Assembly: GCF_009914755.1 (NCBI RefSeq)
Contig: NC_060929.1
Reading direction: 5' to 3' (one strand)
From: the human T2T-CHM13v2.0 reference genome, Homo sapiens
DNA: 64,000 nucleotides
The translations under genes were made by a program, and so were the position numbers. The stretch's first letter is position 1. Each line of letters begins with the position of its first letter. Below, one piece after another: positions 29,628 through 46,545 of this stretch. Under the pieces are notes generated by a model, which saw only the letters and a list, made by a program, of their open reading frames with translations, made no database searches and was not told the origin of the DNA.

Positions 29628-29860
29628 AAAAAACAAGGGGATAAAAAGAAACAAATATATAATTCAGTTTTTGAAAGGGTACATTAGAGAGCTTTGTGAG
29701 ACCTCAAAGATATATCAGGAGACAAGAAATGTCTCTTGTCAAACATCAAGAGACAAGGTTGTGATAAAGTGCTGGAAGGAAGTTGCTATTCTTTCCATAG
29801 TGTTACTCTTTGAAACCAGAGTTAAAAAGTAAAATTGTCTATTTAAAAACTAAATTTTAT

Positions 29861-30172
29861 GACTGGGAACTGTGCCTCATGCCTGTAATCCCAACGCTTT
29901 GAGAGGCCAAGACAGGAGAATCGCTTGAAGCCAGGAGTCTGAGACCAGCTTGGACAACAAAGCAAACCCTGTCTCTACTAACAATAAAAAATAAAAATAA
30001 AGTAGCCAGGCACGGTGGTGTGCACCTGTAGTCCCAGTTATTTGGGAGGCTGAGGCAGGAGGGATACGTGAGCCCAGGAGTTTGAGGCTTCAGTGAGCTA
30101 TAATCATGCAACTGCACTCCAGCCCAGGGAAGTGAGACCTCATTTCTAAAAATAAAAAATAATAATAATAAA
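29861..30172 (+). mobile_element. AluJ (Jr/Jo-like) SINE
   Basis: J diagnostics GCTTGAAGCCAGGAG, GAGCCCAGGAGTTTGAGGCTTCAGTGAGCTATAAT; high divergence. Confidence 0.9.
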
Positions 30173-30469
30173 GAATGAAAACACTATATATTTCACACAC
30201 ACGTATATTACATTTCATAACTATCAAGCACTTGAAATTTAATTACAGAACTGCATTGTGCAACTATGGAAAGACTGGGAGCAAAAAGGGCTCCAGCTTG
30301 AGTCCTAAGTTACTCCAAAACTACATGACTATTAAAGAGGGAGCAAGTGGAAAAGGACACCAAGAAAGAAGAAACAAGAAGGGGGAGGGGTAGAGAGAGA
30401 GAGAGAAGAAAGAATTGGCAGAAGGAGAAAAGAGAAAGTGCATGAGGAGCTATATCATACAAGAAATAA

Positions 30470-30750
30470 AAAAGGTATTACTAATGAAAGAAATAAATGC
30501 TGCCATGAAATCTAGTAAAGTATGGTACAGTGAAATATGTAAAAGTTGCCCTTCACTTTGGTATGGAAATTGATGGTGACTGTAGGAGAAATTTTGGTTG
30601 AGTGATAGTAGCAGATCCCAAGTAAGAAGGTGTGTAACAAAATGGACTGGAGTGTAGCAAAATACTGGCTTTATATGAAAACAACTCTTAGAGTCCTATG
30701 GCTATGAAGATGGTAGAGTATAAGGCAGTAGCTGTAGGCATTATTTGTAA
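30470..30750 (-). mobile_element. L2 fragment
   Basis: AAATGCTGCCATGAAATCTAGTAAAG...TTGATGGTGACT...GTTGAGTGATAG parallels antisense L2. Confidence 0.35.
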
Positions 30751-32229
30751 TTAAAGGACGTAACAGGTGTGGTATTCTGAATTCCCACTGAATTCACCAA
30801 CAATAGACCTGATCAAAACAACATACTGCTTTTAAAATAAAAGCGCTACACATTTTAGAATGCATTTATGGAAATATGTTATCTTTTAAAACTGTATTTG
30901 AATATGCATTAACATTTTGTCTTTATTAAGACACAATAACTATTGTGAATTATTTTATTGAGATAGAATTATGTAAGATAAATTTCAATGCAATTAAATT
31001 CTCTTTCTATATAACACAAAGAACTTTCGAATCTTAAAATCTTCCATTCCATATACTCTTTTAATTTATTGAGCAAAATGTAAAAACACAGGAATAGCTT
31101 TGCATACTCTAGTCATTTTATTCTTCAAAAGATTTAGCAAAGGTTATAAGAGAAATGGAAATTCTAAATATAAGTTAATGTAATATAGTCTGAAGATACA
31201 CTTTTCTAAATTATCAATAAAAGTGAAATCACACAACAAATATTTATATTGCATTTAAACAAACAAAAGTAGGACAGTTCTATATTTAGAAACATTGAGA
31301 ATTTTAAGAAATATTAATTATTAAAGGTAAGTAACATTATCCAATTGTGGGTTTTTTAGTACATGTATATCTTTTCTGTAGATCTGAGTAATAATTTGAA
31401 AAGTAAAGTTTAATACACATACAATATAATAGTAATTTTCACCAAATCTATAATATTCTATGTGAGTAAGTGATTAGAATATCCCCAAGCAGCTACAAAC
31501 GTTCATTTTAAGATGTAATTTAAAATCAATTACTTGAATAAAAGTCAAGTTATGGAACATAATTCCCATTTTACAGGGATACGTTTAAAGAAGCTAGATT
31601 GAGTCCCTATATGGCTATTTTTTAACTTCTGATTCATAATTTTTAATAGTCTGTCTTCATAGAATTTCCAGTAAAATAGGTAATCTGTGAATATATGACG
31701 CAATGTGAAAATGGGAAAACCAAAAGGTCTCTCAGTAAATGAAAGCCAGTGTGTCCAAATGTGTTTTGAAATTTTAAAATGCTATTGTGACCAACTGCAA
31801 TTCTGAAAATGTCGTAAAACAGATTTATATTAGAAGGGAAAAAGATATAAATTACATACCACTTGAAATAAAATGGTCTTTTTAAACATACTGGGTCATT
31901 AGAGAGCAAGCCCCACCCCACCACTTCCACAGTGGTCCCAAGCTTCTCTCTATCCTGTGACTCCAAACTTCATGATATAATAAAGTGAGGAAGTATTCTC
32001 CATTCTTTCCAGGATTATCCATCTCTCTTATTCATATTGACTCATGAAAAAATTAATAGGACCACCAAGGCTTTCAAATCAGCTTCATTGTACTAAGAGT
32101 TGTGACATATTATCTTACTTGCTTTTTGCAAGACCCCACTTTATTTTACATTTTCTCATTTAAAGACATTTTTCACTTTCCTTCACCACCACCTACTTCA
32201 ACATAGGCTTGACGTGTGCTATATGTGGA

Positions 32230-32950
32230 TATGTGTGTATTATGTTATATTATGCAGATTGTTCTGGCTATACATTTGATTGCATAAGCGCTATGTATTA
32301 CAGATCCCATTCCATTGTTAAATTTTTAAAATTTGACGTTGTCCTTAATTTCTACCCATATTGTTTTTAACTGTTCCATAATATTCCACAGTACAAGACT
32401 ACATTATATGTACCTATTGGCAGAATAATGAACACTTAGAGTGGCCTCTAAATTTTGACTACAATCCTTAACATATCCATGTGTTTCCTTTTTAAACATA
32501 TATAAAGAAATTTCTGAGATATATTCATAGAAATGTAACCAAAGAATGATAGGGTATACAATACTTAGTTTAATTAAGTTATTTTAAATTTCTTGTCATA
32601 ATGCTTATACCACTTTATACTATTCTTGGTACATAAAGCTTTCCATTATACCATAATTTCACCGATGCTAGATATTATCTACCTTTATAAACTTTGACAA
32701 GCTCTTATAAAATAGTATATAAATTTAAATTGAGTATTTCTCTAGTTACTCAAAAGTATGATCATCCTTTCCTGTATTTGTTGGATTTTCAGATTTCTCA
32801 AACTGCCTACTTTGTTCTTAGTGAACTGTCTTTTCGGTGTACTTTCTATAATTTTTTGTTTGTTTTGAAGATCAATATTTTTCTTTCAGAATTAAATATC
32901 TGATAATTGTTCTATCTTTACTTCAAGAGGTAAATTATATCCATAAGAAC
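32230..32950 (-). mobile_element. Ancient L1ME 3'/ORF2 fragment
   Basis: CATAATATTCCAC...TGAACACTTAG...TCTGAGATATATTCATAGAAATG...ATACCACTTTATAC parallels antisense L1 ORF2 3' end. Confidence 0.5.
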
Positions 32951-34066
32951 AATTTTCCTCTTCCTGTGATAAAGGGCAATTTATTAAAAAATGACTTTTT
33001 AAGTATAGTAATCCCTTCTAAATATATATAAGGCCCAACACATGTGTTATTTGTTTGTTTGTTTTGTCATCTTGGGATTATGAAAGCTATAAAATGACTT
33101 TAGTGGTTGAATGCAAATCCTTGAAATGTGTTTACTACATATTTATGGCAATATCAAAATATAAGTAGATATGTTACTATAGAGTTTGCAATTAGGAATA
33201 GGGGATTTTAAAAGTTAATTAGTTCCAAAGAATTACATATCAACAAAGACATAAAAAGTGGTTAAATGAAAAATGATTTGTGGTGAAACTTTGGAAATAA
33301 TAAAATTGTAAACAAGTACAAATAAGATAAAAATTATGGAAAATTACAACAAACAAAACAACTCTAGGTATCTATTGATTCCTGAAAACACCTGTTCTTT
33401 AAATTCTCATTGTATCAACACTAACCGTATTTTGAAGACCTCATTTTATAGCAAAAAAAAGGATGCATAATAATAATGATGAATACTATCTTTTCTTTTC
33501 TAGGATTACTCAAAGTTATTGAGAAGAAATACAGGTAGATGCATCATTACTTGTTTCTCCCTTGACATAGCCAGAATTCCATGCTAGTGAGTTTCTGGTG
33601 TAGAGAAGTCAGATCTTTTGTCATAGTAGAGAATATTGACTTAATTATTTTAGCTGTTGCATGATTATCTCTAGTAAGGAAGCACAAGTTTCTTAGAATT
33701 CATTTGTCCAATGCCAAAATTCATACAGTGTTAGAATTCAATAGAAAATAGACATCCTGTGAATACTGATTAACTGATGCATTCATTAAATATGTACAAA
33801 TTTGACTGTATCTCTTTATAAACTTACAGTCTAGCAATAAGTTAATTAGAATGAAAAGCTGAGGTAATTCAAAAAATATATGAAGACCCTAGGCTTTGGG
33901 GGCACAAAACTGTGAGGTACCTAATTTGGTTTAGATGAGGTCTCAGGAATAATTAAAAATATTTTCTGAAAGAAGCTGTAACTGAGATTACTTTTAGATG
34001 ACTACTAGTAATTAGGTCAGAGAAGGGATTGGAAAGGACATTTTAATATAAAGGGAACTTCATATA

Positions 34067-34432
34067 TGTATTAATCTGTTCTGACACTGCTAATAAAGAC
34101 ATACTGTGAGACTGGATAATCTATAAAGAAAAGAGGTTTAATGGACTCACAGTTTCACATGGCTGGGGAGGCCTCACAATCATGGCAAAAGATAAAAAAA
34201 GAGCAAAGGAATGTCTTACATGGCGGCAGGCAAGAAAGAGTACGTGCAGGGGAACTCCTCTTTAAAAAACCATCAGATCTCATGAGACTTTCCACTAACA
34301 CAAGAACAGCATGGGAAAGACTTGTCCCTCTGATTCAATTACCTTCCACTGGGTCCCTCCCAGGACATGTGGGAATTAGGGGAGCTACAATTTAAGATGA
34401 GATTTGGTTGGGGACACAGCTAAATCATATCA
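34067..34432 (-). mobile_element. THE1B/C MaLR solo LTR
   Basis: TGTATTAATCTGTTCTGACACTGCTAATAAAGACATAC...GGGGACACAGCTAAATCATATCA; TSD ATATA/ATGTA. Confidence 0.9.
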
Positions 34433-34727
34433 ATGTAGAAGGCAGAAAGGACAAATTATTGGAACTTAGGCTGTGAAGCAGAAAGAATTGTGACGTGAGT
34501 TTAGAAAAAGGATTCAAGTAGTAGAATATATATAGCCCTATACACCATCTTGAAATTTGTTGTGACTTGCTTTATGGGCCAGCATATTGATCAATTCTGG
34601 GAAATGTTCTCTGTGTATTTTAAAATATTGTATTAAATATGATTATATTAGTGCATCAGGCTATTTTCATTATATTGTTTTAAATTTTATCGGTTGCTTC
34701 TGGGTGTTTTACTTTTTTTTTTTGTAC

Positions 34728-35085
34728 TCTCTTAGTATATTCGAACTACTGTAACAAAATATCTTAGAGTAACTTAAGAACAACAGATATTTATTGCTCA
34801 CAATTCAGGAGGCTGGAAAGTCCAAGATCACGGCACTGCAGATACAGTGTTTGGTAAAGGATCTGTCTGCTTCACACATGGTGACTTCTTGTTGTGTTCT
34901 TGCATGATGGAAGGGAAAAATAAACTCGCTTTCACTTATTTTATAAAGGCACTAATCTTATTCAAAAAGGTTCCACCCTCATGACCTAATAAACTCCTAA
35001 ATATGCCACCCCTTAATACTATTGTTTTGGGGTTTGGGCTTCAACACATGAATTTGAGTGGGATACAAACATTCAAACCATAGCA
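34728..35085 (-). mobile_element. MaLR solo LTR (MLT1A/MSTD-like)
   Basis: CTCACAATTCAGGAGGCTGGAAAGTCCAAGATCA...ACATTCAAACCATAGCA; TSD TGTAC/TGCAC. Confidence 0.85.
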
Positions 35086-35149
35086 TGCACTTTACTATAA
35101 TGTACTTAAGTATGCTTTAAAAATATGTATTGTCTATCCATGGGGTAAT

Positions 35150-36340
35150 TAAAAATTTTTTAGTTTATGGCTTGATGTTTTTCATAATCTTGGAAAATAT
35201 AGAGAGCTTGTATAACTTCTAATATTAATTCTATTCCTTAAAACTCTACTCTCTCTGGTCATTCAATGACATGCATTTTACACATTTTCACTTTGTACCG
35301 TATGTCTCTTACATTTTTAAGAGGTTTTCTTTCTTCCTCGCTCTCTCCCTCCCTTTCGCCCTTCATACTGTTCTTTCTTTCTTTCTTTTCTTCTCTCTTC
35401 TGTGCCTCCTCCTTTTTTAACCATATGTAATCAACAGTCTGAGTATTGTCTAGTGTTCTATTTTCCAGTTCATTAACCTGATATTCTCCTTTGTCTAATA
35501 TATAGATAAATTATCTATTGAGTATGCCATATTGCTAGTGCTTTATTTTACTTATTATACTCTTCATTTTTAAAATACAAATTTATTTTTTCTAGATTTA
35601 TTATGAGTAGAAATAATCAACTTTTTTTTTTACATATTACAGCTTTTAAAGTTTATGTTGTTTACTTTTGACACTGACATTGTTAGTTTTGTTTCTGCCG
35701 ATTTTCAGATATTTGGTCTTATCTTTTGTCATACTTGGTGCTTGTTTATTCACTTATTTGCTATTCATTTGAATACTGGTCATCTAGAAATGTCAATTTC
35801 TTGATAACAATTTGTTTTTTCTTCAAGTGAGGTTTACTGTCTCTTTTGTTAGATAGTTACATAAAGTCACATTATCTTAATCTAAACAGAGCCAGAGTAT
35901 TCAAGGCTGGGATTAAGGCTTTGTAAAGGATGGCCTATTGCTGATTCACTTGCTTCTAGAGCATAGCACTTCCTGGGTCATAACGGCAATGTAGATTTTA
36001 TGCTTCCTTCTTGGCAGCCCATGAACTCCAATGTTTGTCTCCAATATAAGACAACAAATATTCTGCTTGGCTTTTTGGTTTCTTAGTTTTCATTCCTTAG
36101 CCTTTCATATGAGCTGCTTATAGACTGGGAAATACCTCAAGACACAAATCATTGTTGCATATGCTTTAGCTCACCTCGTGGAACTGGCCTTCTGTCTGAG
36201 ATTTTGCCCACTAAACCTGGTTGACTTGACAGCTTTGCAGTGACTTCAAATATAAACTGTATTCTTCTTTCTTAGGTATTTCTAATCTTTTTCTTTGGAT
36301 CTGTTAGTCTATGATAAAGTAATCATCAACAGGAGATAAA
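35150..36340 (-). mobile_element. Ancient L1M 5'/ORF1 fragment
   Basis: AATCTTGGAAAAT...CTCTCTGGTCATTCAATGACATGCATTTTACAC...CTATTTTCCAGTTCATTAA parallels antisense L1 ORF1. Confidence 0.45.
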
Positions 36341-36767
36341 TTGTATTTATTTCTGACTCATTCAGTTTCAGTAATTCAAATATAAAGCAATGTATCCTAA
36401 TAAAACCCCAAACCTTTTAATATATATTACATCAACAGAAATAAACACACCAGAAAATACACAAGTCACACACAAATACACACATACACAAGATGGTTTA
36501 TCCTTTTTCTTTCTTTACCATAATTTTAGCTCTTAATCAAAACATAGCAAAAAAGACAAAAACATACAGATAATACATCAGTATATATGTAGGCATTAGT
36601 TACTAATAGAAAGCCAAATATTTGTATATTTTTCAATTCATAAATAATGATTTTAAGGAATACTCTAGTTTAGTATTGTCCATTGAAACATACGGCCAAT
36701 ATATGAGATATTTTAATTTTCTTTCTTTTTTTTTTTTTGAGTATTTTATTTTATTTTCAGTAACTTC

Positions 36768-36770
36768 TAT

Positions 36771-36805
<35 letters not shown>

Positions 36806-36806
36806 T
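36768..36806. repeat. (TTTA)n tetranucleotide repeat from the L1 tail
   Basis: Directly visible, abuts L1 3' end ATTATACTTTAAG. Confidence 0.95.
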
Positions 36807-37012
36807 TATTATACTTTAAGTTTTAGGGTACATGTGCACAATGTGCAGGTTAGTTACATATGTATACATGTGCCATGCTGGTGCGCTGCACCCACTAACT
36901 CGTCGTCTAGCATTAGGTATATCTCCCAATGCTATCCCTCGCCCCTCCCCCCACCCCACCACAGTCCCCAGAGTGTGATATTCCCCTTCCTCTGTCCATG
37001 TGATCTCATTGT

Positions 37013-40845
<3,833 letters not shown>

Positions 40846-40893
40846 TTATTTTGCTCGTTAGTTGATGCAGTTTCTTCCTAGTCTCGATGGTCT

Positions 40894-41466
40894 TTACATT
40901 TTGGCATGATTTTGCAGCAGCTGGTACCAGTTGTTCCTTTCCATGTTTAGTGCTTCCTTCAGGAGCTCTTTTAGGGCAGGCCTGCTGGTGACAAAATCTC
41001 TCAGCATTTGCTTGTCTGTAAAGTATTTTATTTCTCCTTCGCTTATGAAGCTTAGTTTGGCTGGATATGAAATTCTGGGTTGAAAATTCTTTTCTTTAAG
41101 AATGTTGAATATTGGCCCCCACTCTCTTCTGGCTTGTAGGGTTTCTGCTGAGAGATCCGCTGTTAGTCTGATGGGCTTCCCTTTGAGGGTAACCCGACCT
41201 TTCTCTCTGGCTGCCCTTAACATTTTTTCCTTCATTTCAACTTTGGTGAATCTGACAATTATGTGTCTTGGAGTTGCTCTTCTCGAGGAGTATCTTTGTG
41301 GCGTTCTCTGTATTTCCTGAATCTGAACGTTGGCCTGCCTTGCTAGATTGGGGAAGTTCTCCTGGATAATATCCTGCAGAGTCTTTTCCAACTTGGTTCC
41401 ATTCTCCCCATCACTTTCAGGTACACCAATCAGACGTAGATTTGGTCTTTTCACATAGTCCCATAT
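40894..41466 (-). pseudogene. ORF1: L1 ORF1 C-terminal remnant (RRM + CTD); N-terminal coiled-coil deleted
   Basis: VKRPNLRLIGVPESDGENGTKLE...ARREWG...YPAKLS...NHAKM is open for 186 codons; native ATG and first ~148 codons absent. Confidence 0.93.
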
Positions 41467-41476
41467 AAGAAATATG

Positions 41477-42318
41477 TCCTTTCTGTTTGTTAGTTTTCCT
41501 TCTAACAGACAGGACCCTCAGCTGCAGGTCTGTTGGAATACTCTGCCATGTGAGGTGTCAGTGTGCCCCTGCTGGGGGGTGCCTCCCAGTTAGGCTGCTC
41601 GGGGGTCGGGAGTCAGGGGTCAGGGACCCACTTGAGTAGGCAGTCTGCCCGTTCTCAGATCTCCAGCTGCGTGCTGGGAGAACCACTGCTCTCTTCAAAG
41701 CTGTCAGACAGGGACATTTAAGTCTGCAGAGGTTACTGCTATCTTTTTGTTTGTCTGTGCCCTGCCCCCAGAGGTGGAGCCTAGAGAGGCAGGCAGGCCT
41801 CCTTGAGCCGTGGTGGGCTCCACCCAGTTCCAGCTTCCCGGCTGCTTTGTTTACCTAAGCAAGCCTGGGCAATGGCGGGCGCCCCTCCCCCAGCCTCGCT
41901 GCCGCCTTGCAGTTTAATCTCAGACTGCTGTGCTAGCAATCAGCGAGACTCCATGGGCGTAGGACCCTCCCAGCCAGGTGCAGGATATAATCTCGTGGTG
42001 CGACATTGTTTAAGATGGTCATAAAAGCGCAGTATTCGGGTGGGATTGACCTGATTTTCCAGGTGCATCCGTCACCCCTTTCTTTGACTCGGAAAGGGAA
42101 CTCCCTGACCCCTTGCGCTTCCCAAGTGAGGCAATGCCTCACCCTGCTTCGGCTCGCACATGATGAGCGCACCCACTGACCTGCGCCCACTGTCTGGCAC
42201 TCCCTAGTGAGATGAACCCAGTACCTCAGATGGAAATGCAGAAATCACCCGTCTTCTGCGTCGCTTATGCTGGGAGCTGTAGACTGGAGCTGTTCCTATT
42301 CGGCCATCTTGGCTCCCT
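41477..42318 (-). promoter_or_regulatory. L1 5'UTR with sense promoter (YY1 site) and antisense promoter
   Basis: GC-rich L1 5'UTR; GGCCATCTT (YY1 core, 42302-42310) intact; activity not demonstrable from sequence. Confidence 0.75.
41872..42024 (+). pseudogene. ORF0: L1 antisense ORF0, truncated at 50 aa
   Basis: MAGAPPPASLPPCSLISDCCASNQRDSMGVGPSQPGAGYNLVVRHCLRWS* matches the N-terminus of the 71-aa primate ORF0; premature TAA. Confidence 0.85.
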
Positions 42319-44007
42319 GATATTTTAATTTTCTAGTAGTCACATTAAAAAAGTAAACAGAGGTTAAATGTATTTTAATTATATATTTTATTTAAACCTG
42401 TGTCTCTAAAGCATTACATCAACATATAATCAATATTTGAAAAGAATTAATGGGATGTACTACATGCTTTTTTGTCCAAACTGTCTTCAGAATTCAGTGT
42501 ATATTTTTCAGTGTATTTGGTGTATTCAGTGCTTATAGCACATCTCATTTCAGACTACCCATATTCCAACTTCTCATTAGTCACATGTGGTTAACAGCCA
42601 TCATATTGAAAAGTAGAATTCTAGTTTCCTTTTAATATTATCTTTATAATTAACAAGTGAGTCTGAAAATCAGGAAGGTAGATGTATCTCTTGAATTTTA
42701 TCTAGATAATCTTTGTAATATAATTGATGAGAAAAAAACAAATACAAATCAAGAGAGGGGAACTTCAATTAATGTCAGGATATACTATATATAACTGTTT
42801 AATCTATTCTCTTCCGTATTACTTATCTTTATTGGAATTAAGATGTATTGGTAGTTTTCGCTGAGTTCATCCTATTTATACATATAGATTTCCTTGCAGT
42901 TCAGTTTTCCTGTTAAACTGTGTTTATTTTATTAATTATCCTGTAAAATAATAGAGAATTATAATTACAATGTAATTGAATATTAGTGGTTTAAATAAAG
43001 CCCGTTATTAATTTTGCCAAGGAGATAAGTTTCTACACCACATAATTCTAAAATTATTGTAAAATTTAGAGGAACATGGGACCCTATATATTTCAAAGTC
43101 AGAATATTGGTATAGGGAGAGTAGATTATTCACTTATTTCATTTATAAAAATGAAAAGATTTGTTTTCTCAAGTTATCTCTGTGAAATATTTTTGTTAAT
43201 ATGTTCCAGAAAAGTTTGTTTGTTTATTTATTTACTAATTTTTTCTGAGTAGGTTCTGGTGGACAATTTCCAGTCTGGTGTCTGCATTTGGAGAGATTCT
43301 ACAGCACATGCATGAATGGTAATAATCTTTTATTACAAAGTGGTTTCCAAAATGATCAGAGAAAGCAATACAATTCTAATTTCATTCCAAAAATATCATT
43401 TGTTTTGGTACATTTGAATCATATAATCTATGCTTTATTTTATGCAGTGCCAGCAACAGCTTCTGCTAAACTACATAATCAATTTTTTCCAAGACATTCA
43501 GCTCTTCTAAACCAGTAAATTTTTATGAAAGGTGGGGTTTGGGGAGAAGTAGAATAGAAGGGTTTGAAAAATATTAAAGCATGTAATCGTTTAATTTATG
43601 TTGCCATTAATGACAGCCAAGGGTCAGAGTGCTAGGTTTATTACCTTTTAAGCACAAATTAATAGTTGATAAAAGTAGGAACGTGTTATGGAACATACAA
43701 GTGATTGTAACACCTACAAACATTGAAATACTAGGGCTAAAGCTGTTCTTGCTTGTGGGTTCCTAGGTTTATTAAATCATAGATAATGAGTTTTATGAAC
43801 AATCATCCAGATGGGAAAATGTTCACATGTCACACAACATTTCACATATTTATGTGAAAAGCAATCTGTAACCACGTGCATGTTAGAAATGAGAAAATGA
43901 ATCTTCACATATGCAGGGGATGCCGTTAGGTACACAGCTGTATGAATTTGATGTTTTCCTGCCAGTGGATTTACCTGCTGCCACATAACTTTTGGGAAGT
44001 CAGGGTG

Positions 44008-44467
44008 TGTCAACCTACATAACAGAAAAAGTCTCTTTAAAAGAAAAAGGTAGTTATTTGGGACTAGAGCATTGACATGAGAATACATGTGCCACAGTAA
44101 ATTTATGTGCATATTCAGAAAGGTGAAAGAAGAAAAAGGTTTTTAAAGAAAAAAACAAGGATAATTACATAATTGTTTTGAGATAATTATCCATGGCTGC
44201 AAAGATAAATAACAAGAATGATTCCAGTTCCAGTATGAACAGGCAGTTGCTGGGCAGATGTCCTTGCAGAAGAATTTTGTGTGTAAGTTCGTGATGGTCT
44301 TTGTGCAAAGCTGTGGTTTTTGCAGAGGCCATTGTGATAGGTTTTGTTATCAGGCATACAGGCATGAGAACTTTCTCTTCATGGCCTTCCCTGCCTTTAT
44401 TTGGCAGGGAATTTTTTTTTTTTTTTTTAACAGTAGTGACTCCATTTTGATTCTGACAACTTTCACA
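44008..44467 (-). mobile_element. ERV1 solo LTR (MER65-like; subfamily uncertain), copy 2
   Basis: TGTCAACCTA...CTCCATTTTGATTCTGACAACTTTCACA; same family and orientation as 20768-21217. Confidence 0.8.
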
Positions 44468-46104
44468 GTAGTGATTAATCTTTACAAGAAACTAAATTCC
44501 TTTAATTTTCAAAGAAAAGTGCTTTTCTTTGAAATCCACATTTCAGACTAACCTTCACATTTATAGTTTAACAAAAAAAGGAAATTAATTTTACATTACG
44601 CATGATTCTCATATCCAGAAATACAAAGATGTCACAGAATCACATATTTAGCTTCTCCTCTCCCTTTTCCCTTTATCTGACCATCTCTCTGTCCCCTTTT
44701 CCTCCCACCCCTTCTCATCTCCCTTTTTCTGTTCCTCCCCTTTCAGAATTTAATGAACACCCAATTGATTCACTTACGTGATTAATTGCCAGATGCAAAA
44801 ATGTATAAGAGATAGCAAACAAATTTACTTTCTTCTTTTATTTTACAGTGAGAGAAAATTCTGATAGAATATATATATGCATGTTTTATATACTTATTTA
44901 CACATTTGTATAATTTTAACTGCTTAACTCTTGAATTTCTTAAGATCAGAGTTTCTTCTTTGACTTAGTGCCCATAGGACTTGGAATTCTTCCTGGACTA
45001 TAATAAACTTTTAAAAACTACTCAAATAAAATTGAACCCACTAAGTCCAATTGAATTCCACTACAGATCTTTAGAAAATCAATTACCATTAAAGTATAAA
45101 ATGTATTATTTGCTCATGGACTGCCTTTCATAGTTTCCCCATAGAAATTATATTCCATTAATGCAAAATTGTACACATGACATTATATCACAATATGTTA
45201 TAATAATTTCTGAGTAAATCTTGAAACGAATTGTCTAGCATTACTTTTAATATCTTTTACATTTTGAATTCTCAGGATCATTCTGAGCTACTTTACAATA
45301 TGGCTAAATTTATTTATAATCACGCAGATAATCCACCATCCTTTCTTAGCCTTTTTATAAAAATTAAAGCACTAAGTATTTCCCTGCTTGGTGGCCCCGT
45401 TCAACTAATTCCTGAACAAAACAAAATCCCATCAGGATATTCTTTTTAGCCCATAAACTGAACATTATAAAGTTTGAAGTTTGGTAGCTGTAACAAGATG
45501 GTATGTTTGAAACTTGAATTTGAATTTGTGTAATAAGTTGCCAATTATGAAATGAAGAAAAGTTATTTTGGCAAAAATTGCAGAATACAAATCATTGCAA
45601 TGACTAAAAATGGTTTAGCTTACCTTCTTTGTAACCCTGCTAGCTTACTGACAATGTAAATCTTTACATGTAATTGATATTCACTCATCTACTGTCTCCA
45701 TACAGAATAATATGATAGATATTTAATATGTCATTTTACATATTTCCAACATGCATTGATTCATTTATTAAAAATAGAAGAAGAAAGACTAGCACAGGAT
45801 GAATTAGAAATATTACTGACTTAGGAGTTATTGTTCAGTTCTTTATATTCTTCTATATCTGAATTCTGTTACTGAGCCCTAACTGCCTTTTATCTTGTTT
45901 CTTCTCCACAAGTAACTAGAGGCTAACGACTTACTTGTTGCCTTTTCCAAATTCTGATGTTTTCTGTTTCTCACTTGCGTTTTCCATATTCTTATGTCTC
46001 TGTTTCTCCCTAAAATTGATTATACTCTCTCACCATGTCTGATAACGTTTTATGCCTTACTTAACTAGACCTACTGATATCACACTATAGAAATAGCTTT
46101 CATT

Positions 46105-46387
<283 letters not shown>

Positions 46388-46414
46388 AGAAATAGACTTC
46401 ATTCTTTTGAGAAC

Positions 46415-46545
46415 CAGATAACCCTAGTTTTGTGTTATAAATTTACCACTCACTGGAAAATGTTATTTAATTTGTCCGTGTCTCAGTTTCCAAAGATGTA
46501 AAATGATAGTATATTTTTAGAGGTGGTTGAAAATCAGGTTCTGAT
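46415..46545 (+). mobile_element. MIR fragment
   Basis: GTTATTTAATTTGTCCGTGTCTCAGTTTCC..ATGTAAAATGA. Confidence 0.6.

Noticed and set aside
33483-33540. Possible 31-nt exon (TTTTCTTTTCTAG|...CAG|GTAGAT)
   Set aside because: Weak donor and no supporting context; such matches are common in T-rich DNA
36930-36962. G-quadruplex-forming tract on the minus strand
   Set aside because: Standard polypurine tract of the L1 3'UTR
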